Assembly: GCA_002633005.1 (NCBI GenBank)
Contig: NMRA01000208.1
Coordinates: 1-64,000, forward strand
Reading direction: 5' to 3'
Source of the DNA: Phoronis australis
Lineage: Eukaryota > Animalia > Phoronida
DNA length: 64,000 nucleotides
The notes beneath the pieces are model-generated. The model searched no databases. It saw only the letters and a list, made by a program, of their open reading frames with translations, and was not told the origin of the DNA. The position numbers and the translations under genes were made by a program. This document shows, one piece after another, positions 38,206 through 50,058 of the stretch (position 1 is the first letter of the stretch; each line of letters opens with the position of its first letter).

Positions 38206-41200
38206 GCACAGTCACTGACACCAGTTACACCGGCAAATTTTCGTCTGACGATGACGATGACTAGGTATCACTTTGTGTTGCCTTGGCTCAAACAGGTATC
38301 CCTTGTGACCCGAAATTTCACGCTAAAATTTCTTATTCCGACAATATAAAAAACGCTACTTGATTGCACGCTAACACAGGACAGTGACTTTGCCCCCGCC
38401 AAATACGTCACGAGACTAAGCAGCTCTCCAAGCCGGTAATTTTTTGAGCTTCGTTAGAGAACATAAGTTTAATTTTTGGAGTTGAATTATTTGTGAAATT
38501 AATCAACAGTTCATAGAAAACTATCCAGAATTTATTCAGAATAAAATACAGTTCCCTTTTAAGGTGATCTGCTGGCAAGATTTAGCACATGCGCAGTAGG
38601 ACATGTTGAAAATTTGGGGCGAAAACGTTATGAAAAACCCATTCCCAAACACGTGACCAAAACAACCACATACGCCACTGATGCAAGTATATCCACCTTG
38701 AAACGCTGCTAAATGAAATTCTAAGAAATGAGAAGCTAGGTACCTCAGTTGCGTGCATTGGTAATGAAATTACCTGCACCAAAACTTGTATCAGCAACCA
38801 CCGACAGGAGCGCTAGTATGACAACAGTCCACACGGCAATTGAGCAGAAGTTAGACTACATTAGAATAGAAAAAGCCGGGTAAACATTAGCAGTGACTGA
38901 TGCATAACTCGAACAAGTAACATGAAAGCACAACGTTTATAACTGTGATTTACGGTCACTGGGTTTGTTGAATACTGATTCGTATTGGCCTGAAAAGGGC
39001 GAAAGGTGTAAAATGAAGCAAATTGCACCTTAGTATATGTGTAAAAAGTTGATACTTTAAAAAAATCTCTAAAATTAGACTTTTACAACACTGAGCATTT
39101 ACACGTAGGCTACTTGGATTTAAAATGTAACGCACTAGCGATATTTTAGAACATAAATTTCACCATACTGAGTAACGTACCCGTCAAGACGCGAACTTGC
39201 CCAGTCACCGTCAATATCCTTACTGTTCGATTACAAAGCGATAAAGGCAATTTATAGCAGTGTTTTGACAGGTAGCCTTTCTTTAAAGTGGCTATTAACC
39301 TCTTGAAATAAAGTGTTTTAAGAAACATGACTCAATGTTAATGTATTCTAAGTTGGTAATAAATACAAGTTTTTGGTTGTTTTACGTAGAGTAAGTCGTT
39401 AATTTTATTATTATGGGATGGGTCAACAGTAAATCAATCAATTCATTGGAAACTCATATTTCTGGTTGACCGCTCTCATACCGCGGTAGTGTATGCTGCT
39501 TGGTACTGAAGATTCAACGTTTAATATATGATGTTCTTCCGAATTGAGTAGCTTTTGGTCAATGATCAATACATAGTCTCTTGAAATTGTGAATATGCAA
39601 ATGAATAACTTGTTTACAAACAACCCCGGGTCGTCCAGTGTGCCAGAAACCATCCGAGAACCACTTGCCATTACAATTTCACGAACGTTTCGTTTTGTGA
39701 GAGTATTTTTATATAAATAAGTATAGTAATAGTTCCATATGGCGGAGGAAGACCCGTATGACGGCCAAGAGAACAAAGAAGTCATATAATTTAGTTTGGA
39801 GTTTCACGTTTATCGTGCAGGGCGGCAACTTAAATTTCGACTGCAGCTGCAAACACAGAGTGTACTGGAGCTATATTTGCACACTCTTCTTGTCAACATT
39901 TCTTATGACGACTAGGGAATCCCTGGAAACCCCCACAGTATCGTCGGTTTCCTGATGAAACAAAGCACAGTTTTATTATTTGTTTATTTCACTATCAAAC
40001 AACGATTGCGTAATGTTTGGAATTGCTAGGATATTTTATATCTTAAAACCGCGATTTATTTACGAATTGTTTCTTTCCCTGATTGTACACACAGCTCTCC
40101 AAGAAGTCACTGGGTGGCGTTTCCAACAAATTTAAATATTTTCAGTTTTAATGAGATACAGCATCTTTTGACACAACTGAACCTTAATTATCATTGTGCA
40201 GGCAACATTAACGAACCTTAAATATCATTGTGCATGCAACATTAACGAAGCGAGTTACTTGGCGTAAATGTTATGTTTTGGTGTCCCATTTCAACAAGTA
40301 AACATAAGAAATGAGTGAACTCAAGCACCATAAAACAGATGAAAACAAGATAAACTACGCCATCAAAGTGCATCATTTCATAGATGTCGCAAGCAACGTT
40401 TATGGCTATAACCTTTAAAATGGTACTTGCAAACTAGTGACATCGTTTGAGCGTCTTATGAATGTAATATGTTAAGATGGCCTTTGGGTTTGTGACTTAT
40501 AACTGAAGAAACTCACTGGAAAACACCGACACCGAGTGTGAAATGAAAAAAATCACCATCGACAGCGTTCAAATGAATGCATTTCGACGGATACGCCATT
40601 GAGCAACATAGTTCTACAGTAAACCACTAGCGACAACTCCACTCTTGCATTCTTGTGACGTACACAAATTGGCAGAGCAGTTTAGGATTTGATGATTATA
40701 CCATAATTAGAATTAGTTAATCAACTTTCGAGTCAGGCCGTGACCACTGAGTGTACACGTGCTTCTTCAAACTCCAGGTTGCTGAACACGATTCTGCTGA
40801 CTTATCTTATTAACTTAATTTGGCGTTCTATCGTTTTCTCAGATGAACACGTTTATAAACCTTCAAGTCCAATCCACGTGGTGTAGGGTGTGTTCAAATT
40901 ACAAAGTAATGACCAGGAAACAGAACTTCATTCCAGTTTATAATGTAGCCCCGCTACAAATTTAGCAATTCAAAAACAACTAGCTGTGACTAAATTCCTG
41001 ATTTCAAGAGGAAGGCTTCTTTGAAAACTCACAGAGGAAGGAAAAATATGCTCGTGGTTGCAATGATGTGAGCAGACGAACAGATCGTTTAGAGTGATTA
41101 AAGCCAATACTTTCCTTGTTCTGGCACGTGACTACACTGCCAGAATAAACAAAGCTTACTTGATAGCAACGCGTCTCACGGTCGTGAATTCAATCTACCA

Positions 41201-41980
41201 AAATCGAGAAAATAGAAAGAAGCGACTTCCATTAAAAGTGTCTTAGCACCACAGTCATGATTGTGACATGAACGTACCCAGTACCAGTATGTCATGTTCA
41301 CCGACACGCGAGTTTCTTGTACAAACTTGTATCATAACCACGCTTTTGTGATGTCCCGCAAAAAGCGAACAGAGCCAGTGCACGATCAAGTACAATGTTG
41401 TCACAACCACTTCAGATGCAACTCCTCACCCTTTCTTATTATACCATAAATTTACTGGAATTTACGGCATAAATTCACGGCATTATTTCGACTTTTCGGA
41501 CTAAACACAATGGAGGATAGCTATGGTGCTGTGATTGGTTGTCTCGAATTTACGTAATAAGTTTCAACCAATTAATGCTCGTAACTCGAGATCAACTAAT
41601 TAAAACATTGTCAGATAGTGTTTGCGAGTGCCAATTCTGTTAGTATTATCTGCAGAGAACCTAATAAGGAGTTACTGTACATTAAAGAGTCATTGGCCAT
41701 TCAGAACCAGCATGCTACGGATTCTCTGAATAACATGCAGAGCTCAGTGACCCTGCAACTATGGTAATGACCAGCCAGTGACTATATTCCCTGTATCTCT
41801 CACTTCACTTTATGGGTGTTATCAGAGCTGTATGTTGGCTCTTGTTGTCCTAAATTGTTGTAAATATGATCCCGATGATGTCTAATGAAAAGGCGAAACG
41901 TTGAATTGAGCATGAACTTTTTTATTTGTGCGGTGATCGTCCGGTTTTAAATTTTACTCTAATGATCCCTTTCTCCGAAA

Positions 41981-43443
41981 ATATCATGTAAAGATATATA
42001 TCATGAGAAGATCTATATCATTAGAAGATCTATGTCATGTGAAGATCTATGTCATGTGAAGATCTATATCATGAGAAGATCTATGTCATGTGAAGATCTA
42101 TGTCATGTGAAGATCTATATCATGTGAAGATCTGCGTCATGAGAAGATCTATATCACGTGAAGATCTATATCAATGAAAAATATATATCAAGAGATGATC
42201 TATATCATGAGAAGATCTATATCATAAGAAGATCTATGTCATGAGAAGATCTATATCATGAGAATTTCTATATCATGTGAAGATCTATGTCATGTGAAGA
42301 TCTATGTCATGTGAAGATCTATGTCATGTGAAGATCTATGTCATGTGAAGATCTATGTCATGTGAAGATCTATATTATTTGAAGATCTATGTCATGTGAA
42401 GATCTATGTTATGAGAAGATCTATATCATGTGAATATCTATATCATGAGAAGATCTATATAATGTGAAGAAGATCTATGTCATGAGAAGATCTGTCATGA
42501 GATCTATGTCATGTGAAGATCTATATCATGAGAAGATCTATATCATGAGAAAATCTATATCATGTTAAGATCTATGCCATGTGAAGAGCTATGTCATGTG
42601 AAGATCTATATCATGTGATGATCTATGTCATGTGAAGATCTATGTCATGCGAAGATCTATGTCATGTGAAGATCTATGTCATGTGAAGATCTATGTCATG
42701 TGAAGATCTATGTCATGAGAAGATCTATATCATGTGAAGATCTATGTCATGTGAAGATCTATGTCATGTGAAGATCTATATCATGTGAAGATCTATGTCA
42801 TGTGAAGATCTATATCATAAGAAGATCTATATCATGTGAAGATCTATGTCATGAGAAGATCTATATCATGTGAAGATCTATATCATGTGAAGATCTATGT
42901 CATGTGAAGATCTATGTCATTTGAAGATCTATATCATGTGAAAATCTATGTCATGTGAAGATCTATGTCATGAGAAGATCTATATCATGAAAAGATCTAT
43001 ATCATGTGAAGATCTATGTCATGTGAAGATCTATGTCATTTGAAGATCTATATCATGTGAAGATCTATGTCATGTGAAGATCTATGTCATGAGAAGATCT
43101 ATATCATATGAAGATCTATGTCATGTGAAGATCTATGTCATGTGAAGATCTATATCATGTGAAGATCTACGTCATGAGAAGATCTATATCACGTGAAGAT
43201 CTATATCAATAAAAGAAATATATCACGAGAAGATCTATATAATAAGAAGATCTATATCATGTGAAGATCTATGTCATGAGAAGATCTATATCATGAGAAG
43301 ATCTATATCATTTGAAGATCTATATCATGTGAAGATCTATGTCATGAGAAGATCTATATCATGAGAAGATCTATATCATGAGAAGATCTATAACATTTGA
43401 AGATCTATATCATGCGAAGATCTATATCATGAGAAGATCTATA
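41981..43443. repeat. 17-bp satellite array, about 85 copies
   Basis: Unit gaagatctatrtcatgw. Confidence 0.97.
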
Positions 43444-44209
43444 CTCCGAAGGACCGTTACTCTGAAGGGGCCATAATACCGGACATTTAAACTTTTTAAT
43501 TTCTCTAAAATAATTTGTCGAATCAAGTACAGGTAAAATAACTAGGAAAATGTCTACTTGTGTTTGTATAAAATTTTTCGGCTCACGGCGTTCTATTTAT
43601 GCTGCATAGATATTCTCTCACCGATCATACTGTCGTTAATTAGAGGGAATATCTGTTAAAGCAACATTCTGTTGCGAATACTTATAGCGCAACCCTTTTA
43701 ATTTCTGGGTGATCCTCTTACAATATGTACATGTATGTAGATTTTTAAATATCCTAGAGGATTTGTCACCATGATGTCATTTTCCCCCATAGTCTGTTTT
43801 ATGCAAATTATGAAATGCATGACAGTAGCAAGTAATCAATTATCGTCTGAATGTTGTAAACCGAGCATTATACAAGACTGGTCTGTGACGTACATATGAA
43901 TTCAAACTGAATATCTAGTCTACATAATATTAATTGCACAGTGCAAATACCTGATACAAGATCATGGAACACGAATAAGGGAAAGTTTTTGTCACTCAAA
44001 TAAATTGTATTGGTGGATGTTGATTGCATGTCCTTTGTTTTATTAAGCACATATGGTTTACGGACAACACAGTGAATCTATCCATTTTCCGCATTTCAAA
44101 TTCGTTTTCAAATACAATGGTCCCAAAGAACTATAAAAGCCACCAACCGGTATGAAAGAGAAGCTCAGATGAATTCTTACGGTTGATGTTACTGGGCTAA
44201 ACGACCAGT

Positions 44210-44409
44210 TTATAGGTTACACTGAGCGTTACCAGCGTGATCACAAACACATAGATTCAAGTTGAAGCGTGTTCCTGGCCCACACCTAAGAAGGTTGGTA
44301 GAGCCGCCAGGTGTCATGCTCACGTCTTTCTGTGTAAAGAACCTACAGTCCATGCCTGGGACCTTACAGTACTGGTTCCCGTTTTTGTTGCGACAGTACT
44401 TTGAATCAA
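44210..44409 (-). CDS. Gene copy B, last exon: CBM14-like chitin-binding domain
   Basis: tttcttacag|TT GAT TCA AAG; (I)DSKYCRNKNGNQYCKVPGMDCRFFTQKDVSMTPGGSTNLLRCGPGTRFNLNLCVCDHAGNAQCNL*. Confidence 0.8.
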
Positions 44410-44938
44410 CTGTAAGAAACAAACAGGTGTGTAGGACACAGCTACTTGTATGGCCCAAGCTACTTGCCTGCTTTCTGAATACAGGAGCCACTGCTGGGGT
44501 ATATTAGGTCAGGTGGTATGAACAATCATTTCAAAGTTTCATCTTTAAGGAAAGCAATCGAGTTTGGAACGAAGCCACCAATTGTAGAACTATCGTTGGG
44601 AAATAGAAGCTTGTCAAAGTTATTGATAAAATCACAAAACGCAAATGAGTTTTTTTTACAGCTCTGGTCAAAGCTATACATATTGTCCATTTTAGCCGTT
44701 GTTTGACACCGTTTGAGGTAACATCTTGTTAATGTATGATATGAAGAGATGTGAGCTTAATTTGAAGTATATGTATGGACTGTGTGTTTCAAGCATTTGA
44801 TGGTGTCTGGTTACATTAGTCATAAACACAAGTCAGGTAAACAAGTAAATGAAGTAATGATCTTTTTCGCGACTTTCGCCCCAGAGACTACTGAAGAGAT
44901 TTCACTAATTCATTACTTCTGAACACTGTCAAACTTAC

Positions 44939-45065
44939 TCTGCGGATTGAATATCCTGAAAACTCCAGAGCCATTCACGGTACGCACCCCTACGTCTGCG
45001 CTAAGCGAACGGTCTGCCTGGAATGGGTCGTTCGCAGACGCCAAAACTCCTTGAACGGTGCCAAA
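44939..45065 (-). CDS. Gene copy B, C-terminal FAMeT-like exon
   Basis: cttttacag|...CAG A|gtaagt, 127 nt; FGTVQGVLASANDPFQADRSLSADVGVRTVNGSGVFRIFNPQ. Confidence 0.8.
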
Positions 45066-46474
45066 CTGTAAAAGAGGCAATCTTGTCTACTTCTTAGTTG
45101 TTTTCATAGCCTATATCATCAAATGTGTCGAAATAGATCAACGATATCTACGATAAAATTTACATAAAAAATCAAGCAGGTTCCAGTTTCATTTGAACCC
45201 ACCAAAACCTCGAAGTTTTATTCGTTCACTTTAAAATCATTCAACTGTTTAAAACTCAGCTGTCTTAAAGTTGGTTGCAACAACAGAAGGCTTTCAGATA
45301 ACAAATCTGAGACACGTTTCAAGAAACTGGCTTAAGTTCATTTTTGAATGAGTCAAAAACTTAAATTAAACTTAAGATCTCTTTCCCGAAATAGACTTGA
45401 GACAAATTTAATTTTTATCTTAAAATTGACTGAAATTTAAGATTTGTCTTAGCTAAGTCATTCTTTTTTGAGCGAGTCCCTGAATTGGAAAACCTCATTT
45501 CCGGTTATGATTCGCTTTAGTTGAAATGCAGCTTTTCGTAATAACTGGAATTACAGGTTAAAACTATGTTGAGATCGATTTCTTTTTTCCCAATCGATTA
45601 TTTACTAATTGATTGCAAAATCCTGATGTTCGAATTATCTTGATCTAGGAAGTGTCGCAGGTACGCTACAGGTACCATGTCAAAGTCGACATATCGCCGC
45701 GGTGAACTTTGAATATTTTGTTTAATTCCCTGACTAAATGACAACTAGGTGCTGACACAAACGATGTCGTGAAGACGTTCCCAGTTTTGACGAAGCAGTT
45801 TGACAGGATAATTTAACGAGATTGACGACTGATTGTCGTATTAAGAGTAGCTACAACCTTCAAGTACTTTTAGGATACGATTGATGGCGCTTCGACAGGA
45901 TCTGCTCGAAATCGCCATTCTAAAAGTTTGATTTGTTCGCTACCGGTAATGACCGTGCATTTCACAGAGGAAGTCGAGAAAATGTTCCCAGTTTTGGCTT
46001 AAGAACTATGATTGGATGTTTTGTCAAAAGCAAACTTGTCCTATGACGTCCTCTCGACTCAGTTGTTCTCAATTCTCAACCAATCTCAGATGTGCATTCG
46101 TCAGTTAGCATAGACCCAGGATTTTGCACTAGTCTCAACATTTGCTGAGCAATTCACTATATAACTCACGACTACAGATCAGAGTGCAAGCTATGTCTTG
46201 TCTAAGCTCAACCACTCCTAAGAATGAAACTTTGGCTTGACGTCTCAATGGGCAGGCGTAATCTAATAATGATTTTCCAGTGACATAACAGTAACCTTTT
46301 GCTACTTTTTTTCGCATAGTTGAACCCTATCTCCAGTTACACTGGAAGGGGGAAACAAAATCCTTAAACTTTCGGTGTCGTTAACGGTGTTGAGGAGAAT
46401 CTTTCGGGAATTGTCAATCGAAGCTGCAGTATTGATACGCCCTGCCCACATTTGGATATGATTTATCGTCCTAA

Positions 46475-48375
46475 TTTTTTAAGTGATATATATTCATTGA
46501 AGAATACACAGAACATACAAAGAAATAATGACAAAGCCAGAAATCACGAAGCATTATATCTGGGTTGTAAACAATTCATAAATGAAACTAATATACGTAG
46601 AGGTATATACAATTAAGTAGTATCTAATATAAGTATTCCAATACTTAGATATGCTATTACAAATATATAAAAACAATAGTATGTACAAACTCATGTATGG
46701 AAATCAGATGCAACAATATTGATAAACGGTACACAAAAATTTACCAACGTTGCTTAGGATGAATTCGTTGAGAACGAGGTCAAGGTTAGGACTACCATTC
46801 AATAATAATGTAACTCTAGTAGGGATATTATTACAAGAATTGAGAGTGTTAACAATTGATTGGTTTTCATTGAGTGCACGAAAGAGTGATTCTCTCAGGT
46901 ATTCAATGAGGGGACATTTGAAGAAAACATGAGGATAAGATTGATGGTCAAAACATTTACAATTTGGAGAGACATTACTAAAGTTGTGCCTCAACTTGTC
47001 AGAGTTGAGGAAAAGGCCACATCTTGATCTGTACGATGCTATTTCGTTATCGCGGGGAAGGGAGAATTGAGTCAAGGGTGTTGAGTTATCTAAATTATGA
47101 AAAAGTTCTAAAATTGTTTTTTATACTCGTAAAAGAGTTGCTTTCCTCAACAGAGACTGGAAGAGAATTCCAGTTGTTGATGCACATCATGACTGTAGAC
47201 CTTCTGAATGCCTGACTGAACGACGGAGGAATTGCATATGGGGTGGAGGATCTCAAATCACTACGATGGCCTTGTCTAGTGTATAGAACAAATATTTTTT
47301 GACAGAAACGTTGTTGACATTGTTTATTACCTTGAAAGCAAATGTGGTCATGTGAAGATTGCGTAGAGTAGACAGTTTGGGCCACTTGAAACTATTCATC
47401 ACCTTAACACCGTGATTATTGGATCCCCTGTAAGCTCCGGTTATGAGTGAGGTAGCTTGATATTGTAACTTCTCCAAATGTTGGAGAGCACCCGTATTGG
47501 CAGACTGATCTATAATATCACAATATTCAATGTGTGGAAGTATAAAGGATTTGAACAGAACTTCTAAATGTGTAGAATTCAGGTGACGAGAGACAAGCTT
47601 AAGTGGGTTGATTAGTTCCTGAGTTTTTTGTACGAGCTCCCGAACGTGAGGGGTGAATGAGAGCATTTCATCTAACAGTATAACCAGATGTCTGTGCGAC
47701 TGTTTTCTATGAATGATTTCATCATTAAGTTTAAGGTCACAAGACGGGTCAACAAGGAAGAGAGCATTAATAGATTTAGAGAAGGTGAGGTCAACGCTTT
47801 TTTCTGGTTTAAAATTCATTCTCCATTCTTGTGACCAATAGCTGAGTTTATTTAAGTCGTGTTGAAGCTACAAAGAACATTCAGGGCTGCTCCCTGCGAA
47901 GGGGTAAAAAAGCACCGTGTCATCTACATAAAGGTATGTGCTACATGACAGGTTATCAGGAAGGTCATTAATATAAACCAAGAAGAGAAGAGGGCCCAAT
48001 ACGCTACTCTGCGGTACACCTGCGTTTACAAATCCAGGAGGGGATTAAGTTGAAAGTACGCCGTCGACACGAGCACTATATGTTTTTTCGGAGAGATATG
48101 AAGGGATCATGTTTACAAGATTACCAGTAATGCCATAGGATCGAAGTTTGTGAAGAAGAAGGTCGTGAGGAACACAGTCGAAAGCAGAAGCTATATACAT
48201 AAAAATGGACCTGACACTCTCGCCCTTCTCAAAATGTAAATGAATCTCATGTACTATTTTAACAAGTTGTGCCACGGTGCTGTTCCCACGCAAAAAAAAA
48301 ACAAATTGACAATGATAGATCAAGTTGTTTTGTTTGAGAAATGTAAGAATATTTTGAGCAATGATTTTCTCGAAA
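46475..48375 (-). mobile_element. 5'-truncated CR1/L2-group LINE (RT + C-terminal CCHC finger) in an intron of gene copy B
   Basis: [58 protein letters not shown]...HVFFKCP; several frameshifts. Confidence 0.88.
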
Positions 48376-48554
48376 TGTCATCAGCTGAATACACAGCCAA
48401 GATTTGATTACAGAAATATTGGATATTTACCGTATTCAATTGCACATGTTGAAGCAAAATTCTGTTTACTTAAGTCAATTGAACTACTATACTGGATTTG
48501 TTCCTGAGCTAACTGTATTTAATCGATTTAACGTTCAAAATAACATTAACTGAC

Positions 48555-48949
48555 CTCAAATGTTTTGTTTTCCCCGCGCCACCTCAAGTAGAACTGGACG
48601 AATTTGTTGCACTTCAGCAACTTTCGTTTCACAGTATCCTTGATGACTTGGTGAATCCCACTGCCGACGATGGGATGGACCTGCACACGATTGACATTGG
48701 CGGTCTTCTCTTTCCCCAGGAAAAGGAAATAATCGGGTAGGAGGATGCCTGCTAATACACCGTCTTCAGCAATGTTTCCAATGCGCACAGAGGCCAACTT
48801 ACAGGCCTTCACTTGGAACTTTACGTAGTTGAAGGTTGTGAAATCATACTGAGACGCAATGAGTTCACCATTTGTTTGAATTTCCTCGTAGTCATCTGTA
48901 ATAACTGGAAAGGAGTGTAAATCCGCGACTCGTCTCAAGCAATGTGTTA
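48555..48949 (-). CDS. Gene copy B, main FAMeT-like exon
   Basis: ctgcag|TA ACA...GAG|gtcagt, 395 nt open; indels relative to copy A are in frame. Confidence 0.78.
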
Positions 48950-49550
48950 CTGCAGTTCAAAGACACCGTAACTAATTCGAAAAGTTGAAAACATTATAAA
49001 TGTACACCTATGAATGAGGTGGGAAAAGACAAAATAACATTACCAGGTGAAAGTACTCATGAAACCTTTTAAAGCTGCTACAGCTCACGACACACTGACT
49101 ACAAAGGTACAATAAACAAGTGCATTGTGGCCAAACAACTTTTAATTTATCTCCGTTACCTTACTAAATTTGGTTTCATTTTGTTCCCGACTCTGATAAC
49201 AAAGGATTTTGCGGCTTGAAAAATGAACTGACTGATTGTTACTACTTCTGCCCAGATACGCCAAATGTGCAATAAACCCAATAAACCCAGGCTTTCTTCT
49301 GTAAAAAAATATTAAGCCCACAGAGTGCTATACAGTTGTCCTCATCTTATGAAGATTAGAGAAGATTTCGAGCCTGAACAAGAACTCACTGTTTCTTAAA
49401 ATTCTTCAGGCCAGACCCGTGTAAGTTGCTTCGCTAGTTTCAAACGCCGAGGCAATATGGCAGAGTTACTGTTATTGACTCCAGAACATGGTTTGTGGCA
49501 CAACGGATTTTAACAATGGCTGGCGGAATACTGTTCCTCAACTGGCTTAC

Positions 49551-49574
49551 CAGGCACTTTTGGTCGCGCATTGT
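49551..49574 (-). CDS. Gene copy B, candidate 24-nt symmetric micro-exon (DNARPKVP)
   Basis: tgactcac...catccccag|AC AAT GCG CGA CCA AAA GTG CCT G|gtaagc, phase 1-1. Confidence 0.4.
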
Positions 49575-49662
49575 CTGGGGATGACATCAAAGGAGTGAGT
49601 CAACTGGTTCTACCGAGTGTTACTATCTCGAATAGTCGTAAATGCAATTTTTTATGATTTAC

Positions 49663-49680
49663 CTTTTAACATATCAAAAT
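49663..49680 (-). CDS. Gene copy B, candidate 18-nt symmetric micro-exon (DFDMLK)
   Basis: gttttcag|AT TTT GAT ATG TTA AAA G|gtaaat, phase 1-1. Confidence 0.4.
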
Positions 49681-50000
49681 CTGAAAACGGCGTTCACTAA
49701 GTATTTGTATATCAGACTGTCGTACAAATAAGACCAATTAGAATGCATTAACATGTGTTCCGACACCACTTAACGCGATAAAAAGTCGTATAGGTGTCAT
49801 ACACGACAACAGGAGACTGTAGACCGTAAGTCGTACACGACAGCTGGAGAGTGTTGTCAGTAAGTCGTACATCAACCTGCTTACGAAACCGTATATGAAC
49901 AATTGGAGTATATGCAGAGGCACATGCGCGACTGCATATGGGTTGCAAAAATCCAAATGGCTCCTAAACGAGATTTAAATACTGTCATAAGACAACTTAC

Positions 50001-50058
50001 CTGAGCCGTCAACAGATAAAAAACTGGCCAACAGGAGCGCTACTGCAATGGACCACAT
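50001..50058 (-). CDS. Gene copy B, first coding exon: signal peptide
   Basis: ctctccag|aaagaATG; MWSIAVALLLASFLSVDGS + G|gtaagt. Confidence 0.8.

Noticed and set aside
37340-38221. Long ORFs of 292 and 274 aa
   Set aside because: Artefact of the N gap.
39438-39955. Coding-looking minus-strand stretch after a good acceptor (e.g. RYCGGFQGFPSRHKKC)
   Set aside because: Stops in the frames examined and no recognisable homology; may be a decayed exon but cannot be supported.
44410-44491. N-terminal extension of the chitin-binding ORF, or a 58-nt GC-AG intron
   Set aside because: This segment is partly deleted in copy A, and the canonical GT-AG intron 44938-44410 already gives the correct phase.
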